Source of the DNA: Plasmodiophora brassicae
Lineage: Eukaryota
Direction of reading: 5' to 3'
NCBI GenBank assembly: GCA_036867785.1
Contig: CP145417.1
Coordinates: 992,001 to 1,056,000 of the forward strand
Length of the DNA: 64,000 nt
In this document: piece by piece, positions 1 through 10,308 of the stretch
How the letters are laid out: each line of letters begins with the position of its first letter
How positions within the stretch are numbered: position 1 is the stretch's first letter
Translations under genes and position numbers: made by a program
Notes under the pieces: generated by a model
What the model saw: only the letters and a program-made list of their open reading frames with translations
Databases searched by the model: none
What the model was told of the DNA's origin: nothing

Positions 1-1227
1 GTCGTGATGCAATGCAGGCATTGCTGACACATCGCTTCAATGTCCTGATTGATCTTGGTCCAGAAGAAACGCTCCGTGATCATCTGCTTGGTTACTTCCG
101 ACGCACGATGACCAGCGCTTGCGCAATGGCCAATGACCAGGATTCGAAGGCGTAGACTCTTGCAGTCTTGATGACAAGGAATAAGAACGGCTTTGCTCTC
201 GTTCTTCCACAGACGATCAGCTTCATCGAAGTACACCCCGTCCTCGATCTTCTCCTCTCGTGACAGAAAGCGTTGCGAATCGCGGATCTCCTTTTCGGTC
301 GGCCAGCTGAATTCAGGATGTTGCCGAGGAGTGACTCGCAAATCGTCCATCTGCATGATGCGCGTTGCTCTACATGACAGTGCGATGCGACCAGCTCCCC
401 ATCGGGTCAGAAGGTCTGCCCATACGTTGTCGGTTCCAGCGATCTCCTTCATCTTGTAGCTGAAGCCTTGTAGATGCAATGCCCATCGCTCTAGCTTCTG
501 AGCCGTATGCTTCTTGATCTCCGAGTTCCGGTCGAAGATGAACGTCAGATTGCGATGATCGCAGTAGAGCAGGAACTCCCGGGATGTCTGCAGTAGGAAA
601 TCACCGCGCTGCGTAGCGTTGATGATCGCGGCTGCCTCCTTCTCGATCGTAGGCCATCTGATCTCTGCACCTGAGAAGCGCTTGCCGTAGAATGCGAGAG
701 GTTCATGTCGTTGTTCGCATACAGGCAGGTTGACGTCTTCCATCGGGATCTGCGTAACCACCGCCGACCATGCTGCATCACTGGCGTCCGTGAACAGGCA
801 GGTCTGATAATCCTCCTTCGGAAACGCCAGCTGAACGTGTTGAATCAAAGCGAAGCGCACGTCCTCGAATGACTTGCTGTGCTGATCGGACCAGCCCAGT
901 GCGTCCAGCGAGACACATGATGGCGATGATGATCGAATGCGCTTGAGCTCCTCCTTGGCAATGTCAAGCAGCTCTTGCAGCGGTCGTACTATACTTGTGT
1001 AGCCGGGTACGTGGGTACGCATCCAGTTGGCCGCCCACAGAAACTGCTGCAGGTCCTTAGCGGTCTTCTGTCACGATCAGGCAAGCTGATGCAACGAACG
1101 CTTTGACGGACTGGCGAAGTCCGTCGCGGGGTTCTCGGTTTATTCCGGACAGTCCTCACATAATAGTCCCCTTCTAGCGATGGGCCTCTGACGGGTCCGG
1201 GATAGAAGGGCAGACGGATGGCCTCTG

Positions 1228-1475
1228 ATGGGTCGCAGACGAACGGACAGGCGGATGAGCAGGCAGACGGGCGGGCAGACGGACGGACAGACGAACGGAC
1301 AGGCGGATGAGACGGGCGGGCAGACGGACGGACAGACGAACGATGAGCAGGCAGACGGGCGGGCAGACGGACGGACAGACGGACGAACGGGCAGACGGAC
1401 GGACAGACGGACGAACGGGCAGACGGACGGATTAGCAGACGGACGGAGAGACGGGCGGGCGGGCAGACGGACGAA
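1228..1475. repeat. Degenerate (GACG/GGAC/GCAG) low-complexity microsatellite inside element 1
   Basis: Runs such as gacggacggacagacgaacgg and gcagacgggcgggcagacgg; almost T-free on the + strand. Confidence 0.85.
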
Positions 1476-1504
1476 CAGGTTTGGTTAGTGACAGCACGTC
1501 GCAA

Positions 1505-3200
1505 CCGAGGCCTTGACGTTGTGCAGGAGATGCCGAGGCGGGATCGACACTGGCGGACGGACGGACGGGTAGAGACAGCAAGCGGTCAGGGAAACACCGG
1601 CGGCCTGGGAGGCAAACAGCACGGCGGGACACGCGCACTCTGGAACTTGGACCAGCTGCGACCGAGGCCTTGACGTTGTGCAGGAGATGCCGAGGCGGGA
1701 TCGGCACGGACGGACGGGAAGAGACAGCAAGTGGTCAGGGGAACACCGGTGGCCTGAGAGGCATACAGCACGGCGGGACACGTACTCTGGGACTTGGACC
1801 AGGTACGACCAAGGCCTTGACGTTCTGCGGGGGATGCCGAGGCGAGATCGGCACGGACGGACGGACGGGCGGGAAGAGACAGCAAGCGGTCAGGGGAACA
1901 CCGGTGGCCTGAGAGGCATACAGCACGGCGGGACACGCACTCTGGGACTTGGACCAGGTACGACCGAGGCCTTGACGTTCTGCGGGGGATGCCGAGGCGA
2001 GATCGGCACGGACGGACGGACGGGCGGGAAGAGACAGCAAGCGGTCAGGGGAACACCTGTGGCCTGAGAGGCATACAGCACGGCGGGACACGCACTCTGG
2101 GACTTGGACCAGGTACGACCGAGGCCTTGACGTTCTGCGGGGGATGCCGAGGCGAGATCGGCACGGACGGACGGGAAGAGACAGCAAGCGGTCAGGGGAA
2201 CACCGGTGGCCTGAGAGGCATACAGCACGGCGGGACACGCACTCTGGGACTTGGACCAGGTACGACCGAGGCCTTGACGTTCTGCGGGGGATGCCGAGGC
2301 GAGATCGGCACGGACGGACGGGAAGAGACAGCAAGCGGTCAGGGGAACACCGGTGGCCTGAGAGGCATACAGCACGGCGGGACACGCACTCTGGGACTTG
2401 GACCAGGTACGACCGAGGCCTTGACGTTCTGCGGGGGATGCCGAGGCGAGATCGGCACGGACGGACGGACGGGCGGGAAGAGACAGCAAGCGGTCAGGGG
2501 AACACCTGTGGCCTGAGAGGCATACAGCACGGCGGGACACGCACTCTGGGACTTGGACCAGGTACGACCGAGGCCTTGACGTTCTGCGGGGGATGCCGAG
2601 GCGAGATCGGCACGGACGGACGGGAAGAGACAGCAAGCGGTCAGGGGAACACCGGTGGCCTGAGAGGCATACAGCACGGCGGGACACGCACTCTGGGACT
2701 TGGACCAGGTACGACCGAGGCCTTGACGTTCTGCGGGGGATGCCGAGGCGAGATCGGCACGGACGGACGGGAAGAGACAGCAAGCGGTCAGGGGAACACC
2801 GGTGGCCTGAGAGGCATACAGCACGGCGGGACACGCACTCTGGGACTTGGACCAGGTACGACCGAGGCCTTGACGTTCTGCGGGGGATGCCGAGGCGAGA
2901 TCGGCACGGACGGACGGGAAGAGACAGCAAGCGGTCAGGGGAACACCGGTGGCCTGAGAGGCATACAGCACGGCGGGACACGCACTCTGGGACTTGGACC
3001 AGGTACGACCGAGGCCTTGACGTTCTGCGGGAGATGCCGAGGCGAGATCGGCACGGACGGACGGGAAGAGACAGCAAGCGGTCAGGGGAACACCGGTGGC
3101 CTGAGAGGCATACAGCACGGCGGGACACGTACTCTGGGACTTCGACCAGGTACCACCGAGGCCTTGACGTTCTGCAGGAGATGCCGAGGCGGGATCGACA
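1505..3200. repeat. Tandem array, 11 full units plus a partial unit of 147/155 bp
   Basis: Unit starts (ccgaggccttgacgtt) at 1505, 1662, 1809, 1964, 2119, 2266, 2413, 2568, 2715, 2862, 3009 and 3156. Length variation comes from an internal (GGAC)n tract. Central units are near-identical and edge units diverged. Confidence 0.95.
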
Positions 3201-5362
3201 GGAGGGTGGTGGGATAGGTAGTCCGTCAAAATGTCACGATCAGGCAAGCTGATGCAACGAACGCTTTGACGGACTGGCGAAGTCCGTCGCGGGGTTCTCG
3301 GTTTATTCCGGACAGTCCTCACATCTTCGGGCGTGGCATGCTGGTCAGCGCCTCGATGCGTTCTGGATCATGCCGAACTCCTTCTCGCGAGTATATCCTG
3401 CCGCACCACTTCAACTTGCGAGCGAACAACGTGCACTTGTTCGGGTTCAGCTTCAGGTTGCGCTCGCGACACCGCTCCAACACTCGTGTCAATTGATGAA
3501 GAAGGTCTTCCTCCGACCTCGCGAATCCGAGTATGTCGTCAATCCAGATGAGCAAATTCTCCTTCATGTCGTCGAAGATAGCAGCCATTCGGGCGTGGAA
3601 CTGAACCGCCGAATTCATTCCCCCTTGAATGCTCCTCGTAGGCGTGAATACAGCGTCGTCCGTCATGAGGCTGAAGATTTCCTGACACTCCTTAGCCAAA
3701 GGCATCAACCAGAAGCCCTTGAAAGCATCAATCGTGAAGAAACAAGTCATGCCGGAGAGCTTGCGCGTAACAGCCTCAACATTCGGCATCGGCCATGCTG
3801 TGGGAACACACCGTGCGTTCACTTGACGAAGATCGACACATAGACGATAGCCATCGCCTTTCGGTTTCTTGACGACTAGGACTGGACTTGCCCATCGCGA
3901 GTTCATGTTCATGTAGACAAGACCGTTCTCCTTCAGCATACTGATCATGTCGTCTAGGAACTCCTTCTGCTTAGGATTGTAGAACCGAGGCTTGCACCGG
4001 TACGGAGTAGCGTCCTGCTTGAGTTGTGTTACCATCGGTTCGACATCGACAGGCTTGTCTTGACCCAGGCGCGTGCGGAATTCGTTCAGATGTCGTCGCA
4101 AGATCAATCGTAGCTTAGCAACTCCTTGACGAGACATGCCATTGAGACGTGCTTGGTGTACCATCCGGTTACAAGAAGCTTCGATCTCGTGAGCATTGAT
4201 CGGTCCCAAGTCAACTTCACTTGACGACGGTTCCATAGAGTCCGACTCTGGTACTGGGTAGTGATCTCCTCGCAACGTTGCCATTCTCGCGGCAATTCGC
4301 CTCACGGTCTCGATACAATCGACATCGACTGCGGCACATCCTGAGAGCGTATCCATCTCGGTGCATCCTGACGCGATGATGTTCTCGAGTTGCTGACGCG
4401 GATTGATGCCGAGAGTCGTTATTTAGCAGATTGTCACCGAACAGGATCACAGGAATCTCGTCGCAAACGTAGTAGGTCACATGATACAGCGTCAAATTGC
4501 CAACTTCGGTCTCCAGGATCGTGATTGGAACTTGCACCGTGCGCGTTATGGTTCCGATAACTTTGCCTTCTGCTGAGGTGACGTCTCGTTGTTGAACGTC
4601 GCGGAACGTGGCCTCTTTCAACTGGACAGCGATATGGCCAGGCATGATGTTGCCTCCGCGGCAGCCGGAATCCAACTCGTACGGAACACGTATGCCTTCC
4701 AGCACTACGCGTTGTAGATCATCGACAGTCTCATTCGCGATTTTGGCCTCAATGTCTTGGGTCGTCAGGCCAAGACTCGCTGGAAGCTTCTTGATCTGCG
4801 ATTCGATCCTTCCTTCCAGGTCGTCATCTGTCAGCAGGTCGACATTGGTCAGGAACAGGTGATTCAACGCGATGCAGGTCAGCTGCGGCGTGGTAAAGCA
4901 GAATCGTATCGCTTGAGGCTTGATCCTCGCGGCTTCCGGACGGTTGCCCTCACGGTCGATCACCACTGCACAATATCGATCGTACTGCTCTTTCAACTTC
5001 AAGATGGATGTGGAGTCCAACTTCGCGACCCGTGGCAGGATGCTGACATCCTCGTCCTTGACACCCATATGCTCGTCCGTGCTGGACGTCGTCTCCGATG
5101 CCATGGCGCAGCGTCTCGACGTGGTGCGGGACGAAGTCAGACGTGTGGGATCAGACAGAGTGCGCACTGTAGTCAGTCTCGAGCCAATATCCCAATGAGC
5201 TTTATCATCCATCCCATCCACGGCGTCGGCCATGCCATCACAGTGGAGCTAAATCCGTGCAGGCCCCCTTTCCTCAGGACAGCAGGACCCCCTCCTCACT
5301 CCTCAGGACAGCAGCATCTTGAGGTCGGGCACGAGACGCTAAATATAGAGCCCCGCTCTACA

Positions 5363-8110
5363 AATCGCACCCTCCTGGCAATGGCTTTCGTCCTGCCAGG
5401 TTGGTCCTTCATTGCATCCTCGTATATCCTCTGTAACAGGTGTACCTTCCTGTTGTACTCAGGGATGGACCTACTCATCCACTGAGTTGCCATAAGGAAT
5501 TGTTGCAAGTCCCTTGCCGTCCTCGGCTGTGGTATCGCCATTAAAGCCTCAATCCTAGCAGGATCGTGCCTTACCCCTTCTGGCGTGAATATCCTTCCAC
5601 AGAACCGAACCTCTGTTGTGAAGAGCTCACACTTCTCCACGTTGAACTTGATGCTGTGCCGTTCGGCTAGCATCAGAGTCCGTTCCAACGTTCGGAACCA
5701 ATCATCCTCCCTTTGGGCATGCCCCATTAGATCATCGATCCATATGATTAGTTTGTGGAACATAAGTTCCCCGAACACCTCAAACATCCTCCCTTGATAC
5801 TGAGGGGCGGAGTTCATTCCCCCCTGCATCGACCTCGTTGGCTTATACACCCCCTTATCTGTCATGAAGGAGAAGATCTCCTGACACGCTTCATCCAGCG
5901 GCATCATCCAGAAGCCTTTGAACGCGTCTAGCTTAAACCAGAACCTCGAGCCTGCCAGGTTCCTCAGTATCGCCTCCTGATGTGGCATAGGCCACGCCAC
6001 GGCGACACATTTGGCATTAACAGCTCTGAGATCAACACAGAACCGCTTTCCGCCCCCTGGCTTCGTCACCACCACCACCGGTGAAGCCCACTTCGCGTTG
6101 TAGTTTTCAACGACTAGGCCATACTTCTTCAATTGGGCGACGAATTCCTCCATGAAAGCACTGTCCTCCATACTGTACTTTCTGGCTCGGCACCTGTAAG
6201 GTTCCGCATCCGGTTTCAGCTCCGTGACAAATGGTGTAACCCTGGCTGGACCATCAGGTCCAATGCTCATACGCCAAACGTCCCTATATCTTCTGACGAG
6301 TTTCCGAAGCGATTTCCCCATCGCTTGCGGTAGGCCATTCCTCAATGCGCGCTCGACCATCCCGTCCATCTCCCTTTCCAGGGAGTCTGTGGAATCGGTT
6401 CCGATCCTCACATCCTCTGTTTCCTCTTCCTCCCCTTCCCAGAGAGGTGGCATCTCGTTTGCCATATTGTGCACTTCATCCATGACGTCATTCCCCTTCT
6501 TCGGCGTGCTCTTAATGAGTACGTCCAGGGCCTTCTTTGGGTGGATACCCAAGTCGTCCAACAGCCTCTCCCCTAGGATTATTTCCTTTTCAGGAATGTC
6601 CCATACTAGGCATCGGCGCCGGCGAGTGATCAGTTCGCCTGCCGTCGTCGTCAGTCCCAGATCCAGTATCATCACATGGTAGGCTGTGTGCTTCGTTTCT
6701 CTGTCTACCAGACAGAACGTTTCCGGCTTCTGGAGGTTCTCCATTGTTAACAATGGGTCCCGCTCCATTAGCTCGCGCGCTATGGTCAATGGCATCAGAA
6801 CGTCAACCGATGTCGCTCCACTGTCCAGAACCCCAACGTAGTCTTCCTCATGTCCGTTTACACGAACGACTACTTGGTCCCCTGTCCTCTGCGCCCCCTC
6901 CGACACTCTTCCTACCACTGGAAGCCATGGGTACTCTGACAAGTCGTCATCTTTATCAGATTTGGCCTTACGGGGTCCATCCCTTCCCGTTGGCCCCTTG
7001 CGGCGATCCTTCAGCAGGTCTGCGACCTGCTTCTTGGTAGGCTTCTTCGGGCAACGAAACGCTGGATGTCCAACCTCGTCACAGTTGAAACATCGCAGGT
7101 CCTTCCGGTGTCGTTTCGTGTCCCGGCCTCCATCGCCTCCTTCATCCGTCTGCGCCCCTCGCTTCTTTGGGGTGGGTTTGACCTTTCCCTTCCCCTTGCC
7201 ATCCTCACGTCCCGGCTCCATGTACAACATCGTCTCCTCATACGATGCAGCCCGTTCCTTCAGCACCCGATAGAATTCCAAAGGGTCCTTCTGGAGATCG
7301 GTCTGGCGCTTCATGACGAGGGTCCGCATGAGCGCTTGTAAACCGGATGGGCGCACAGCACCCAGTAGGTACTTGACCAGGTTCTTCCGTCCCTCGCGGG
7401 ACGTGAAGAGGTCCTGCCACCCGTTGCGCGCGACCAATTCCTCGTACTGCTGCACGAGGTTCACGACCCTTGCCGCTGGTGTGGTGATGGTCAGCTTCAT
7501 CGCCAGCTTCCGCATCTCCCGGTCGATGTTCGCGTCCGTCGAGCGATCCTGCTCGAGATGCCTCTTCATCCAGTCCATCAGGTCGCTCTCCGTCACCCCC
7601 TCGGCGTCCGTGCCGAGTTCCCACTTGCAGATCGCCCTGAGCAGACCGGGGTCGATCATACTCCTCACTGACCGTGGGATCTGGCCCTTGGCATTCGGAT
7701 CGTCCCGGAAGTGATTCCGATACGTCTTCAGCTCGGCCATGAACGTCGTGACGGCCTTGCGGTCCATGCTCTTCAAGGTCGGCGCCTTGTTCATCTGCAG
7801 GACGATCGTTGAGCCTTGCACGCTCTGTCCTTGTTGTCGATCATCGACGTCATCTTCCAGCAGCATCTCCTGCGCGGTGGCCACCATCGCGTCCTTCTTT
7901 GAAACCTTCCCCGAAAGGATGTTCAAGAGATCTCTGTGACGTCCCAACGGTGATGGTATATCAGCCGTGTAGTATAATCGTCTGTGTCCCCGACCTGCAG
8001 CTCCCACGGACGCCGTGCGGACTCCGTGCGCACTCCGTGCATGTCCGTCATTCTTAGGGCGGCCTAGCCGGATCACAGCTATTCTTGTCTTATAGCTTGG
8101 AGCCGGCACA
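5363..8110 (-). mobile_element. Ty3/Gypsy family B copy 1 (5' LTR 7935-8110, gag-PR-RT), interrupted at 5362 by Gypsy A
   Basis: Near-identical reverse complement of 23460-about 26187. 176-bp LTR. CCHC knuckle CFNCDEVGHPAFRC, LDSGA protease, RT. Identity ends at KAIARRVR. Confidence 0.95.
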
Positions 8111-8236
8111 ATACGCTGTGTGGAGGGGACGCCGGGCAGCCATTATACAATTCCTGGGGCACAACGCTGGCACCGGTGTACCATCGAGAAATGAAGACTG
8201 TATTGCATTGTGCACGTCGACGGTGTCGCGATCTCT

Positions 8237-9088
8237 TCAAGGACGCCAGCAGCACCAGAAAGATCGGCAGCGCGTCGAATGGCTCGAGATTGGTGGCGAG
8301 TTGTCGTTATCCATGGGCGATGGTGGCGGGTTGCCACTGGAGAGGATGGGGCTCATGATGTGGTAATCAGTGTCCACGCTGCGACAGCACAACGGGCACG
8401 TGGGTTCCCATGCCGTGTTGAGCCATTGGAGGAAGCACGACGTATGGAACTGGTGAGCGCATGACAAGTATGTGCTATCCTCACCGACACGCATCGGTTC
8501 ATGACAGATAGCACATCTGAACTGTGGTCAGATCACAAATTCCAGAGGATACAAATAGGCACGTTACAGCTCGTCGTCGTTGATAATGGCGTCCTCGGTC
8601 GTCGCCTGGCCCGAACTGAGTGTCGACTGCACGAGAGTCGTGCGCAAGACTAGCGTGAGAAGCGACTGCATTTGTAGGTCCCTAACGACACTCAGAAGAC
8701 GCTGATTCTGGGCCAGCGATCTCGCATGGACAGCGCTGTCTGCCCATTGCCGCCACTGTTCTTCCTGCTGAGGGTCCCGTTGGATTGGCCAGTAGACATT
8801 ATAGATGGCAAGCAGCGTTACCTCAAGTTGGCCGTGTTTAACCATGTAGGCTATGACGATGCCCAACTCATTGCAGGAAATTTCCACACGTTTGGAGTCC
8901 ATGTCCGCAAGAAATGGTGAGAACTTGGCTGCCTCCTTTCGGGGGACTTCGTACGTGAAACCTTCTCGGCACACAAGTTTCAGAACACCACTGTCACCAC
9001 TGACGGCCAACCCGCTGAATAGTGCAGATAGCAGCACCAAAAGAGTGGGTGGAGCCAGGAGGCGGCAATGATGATGAAACATGGGCAT
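8237..9088 (-). CDS. Secreted protein: signal peptide + Skp1/BTB-like domain + RING-H2 (candidate E3-ligase effector); 2 exons, intron 8517-8567
   Basis: Hydrophobic N-terminus (LLVLLSALFSGLAVSG) and a Skp1-like start (LKLVCREGFTYEVPRKEAAKFSPFL). A 51-nt GT..AG intron joins NDDEL to CAICHEPM..CAHQFHTSC..CPLC in frame (C3H2C3). Confidence 0.8.
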
Positions 9089-10308
9089 CCTGGAGCAATG
9101 TCGATCGCGATGTGCGGATGATACCAGTACGTGGGTTGGGGGTCTACCCCGGACGGACTTGCGTCAGGTCCTGCCTCCGGACAGGAATAGCCCTGCTTCG
9201 ACTTGCATGGGCTGCGCCCGAAAGTCGACACTGCGGTCCCCAGGTTGTGTGCCGGGCGCCCCACGTACCTGAATGCGTCCCTTAAATGAACAGCACCGCC
9301 GCTGGTCAGAGAATCGGACCGTTCACGACCAGCGACACGTTAGACGACCCTGGTCATGCACACTGCACAGAACTATTAATTGGACCGAAAGAGAGAAAGA
9401 TAGGGCACATTCCCGGCTCCGAGCGTCATCACCAGTATGAAGTGAGCGCTTACAGTGCTGCGTATTGACGACCTTGATCCCGTCGGACGTTTCGTCACGT
9501 GTCACGTACGGCGACAAAATCGGTGCTGCTGGTCCTTTGCCTGTGCTGGGCTCTGCTACGACGCCCATTGCAGACCGCCAAACGCACAGCTGATACATAT
9601 ACGTTACGCTGCAGGTCACCACCCAAGCCATGTCCATCGCCGAAATCAGAAGGGATGTCTCGCGAGTCTCTCCGAGAACTCGAACAGGGTGCACGTCCAG
9701 TAGCCGTGGGAATCTCCTTCCCTCGTTCCCGTCCGCCTACCGTATCCATCAAGACCCGCTTCGTCCCCGAAATCTGTCAAGCACGAAGTCACCAATCTAA
9801 CTACTCGAAAATAGACAAACGAGCACCACCTACCCTGTGGTTTGCGTCAAGCGCCATGGCATCCAGAGGCCGTTGTATAGGAGTGCATAGAATAACAAGG
9901 TCCCTCCGTCGTATAGGCAGCGCGGCGACACGTCAGGGCAGGTGCCGAGCGGCGTAGGAGGCCCCAACCATCTGGTCCTTCCCCGAGAGCCGCAGTGCCT
10001 TCCTAGGTGTGGGTGTGGCCGGGAGTCACAGACCGCGATATGAACATACATATGCAGGTCTCGCCTCCCCAGTTGCCCTGGCCAAGGTTGGCACCGTTCG
10101 GCGACGCACCTGGGCACCGTCGTGTCGTTGATATTGTGATGCCCCCAGCGATGCCGATCGTCCAGTCTACAGCCGGGTGAAACTCGACGAGTGGAAGTCG
10201 TCGTCGAGAACGTTGCAGCAGAAGTACGGGCCTCGGCGAAGCATATGTTTCTGAACGTGACGATTCCGCGTCGACAGAGCGCACGCGTTGGAGGCGTCCA
10301 TCGATTCG

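Larger units (their letters stand above)
1069..3323 (-). mobile_element. Non-autonomous short-LTR (TRIM-like) retroelement 1 with internal tandem array
   Basis: Identical 92-bp direct repeats 1069-1160 and 3232-3323 (TG...CA). 5-bp TSD TCTTC at 1064-1068 and 3324-3328. Minus-strand PPT AGAAGGGGA beside 1160. No protein domains inside. Confidence 0.93.
1..5104 (-). pseudogene. Disrupted gag-pol of Gypsy A (frameshift near 4420; split by insertion 1069-3323)
   Basis: ORF 4217-5233 has gag/protease and shifts frame near 4420 into LGINPRQQLE and ORF 3319-4356 (RT). After removing the insert, MPRPK joins TAKDLQQFLWAANWM at 1068, and RNase H and integrase motifs read on in that frame toward base 1. 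Confidence 0.88.
1..5362 (-). mobile_element. Ty3/Gypsy LTR retrotransposon family A (5' LTR 5168-5362; continues past the left window edge); inserted into Gypsy B copy 1 and itself interrupted by a short-LTR element
   Basis: Minus strand begins TGTAG at 5362, exactly where identity to Gypsy B stops, and ends CTACA at 5168 (5-bp terminal inverted repeat, 195 bp). Followed by gag-like, protease (LDSG), RT (DAFKGF, WIDD), RNase H (FTDAS, EKEA, DHRNL, WADLLTR) and the start of the integrase (GHCASAGH). The 3' LTR is outside the window. Confidence 0.9.

Noticed and set aside
1505-3200. CRISPR array or guide-RNA array next to a reverse transcriptase
   Set aside because: Units are identical end to end with no unique spacers and there are no cas genes. 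The adjacent RT is a Gypsy pol that the array-bearing element interrupts, as the TSD and LTRs show.
989-3322. Long ORFs (up to 412 aa) across the array on both strands
   Set aside because: They arise from a GC-rich 147-bp (49-codon) repeat, shift frame at the 155-bp units and contain no domain.
5296-5362. Novel C-terminus FVERGSIF... on the 937-aa ORF
   Set aside because: It is read-through into the Gypsy A LTR.
3319-8109. Retron, DGR or group II intron RT system
   Set aside because: The RTs sit in PR-RT-RH-IN order with LTRs, which is Ty3/Gypsy.
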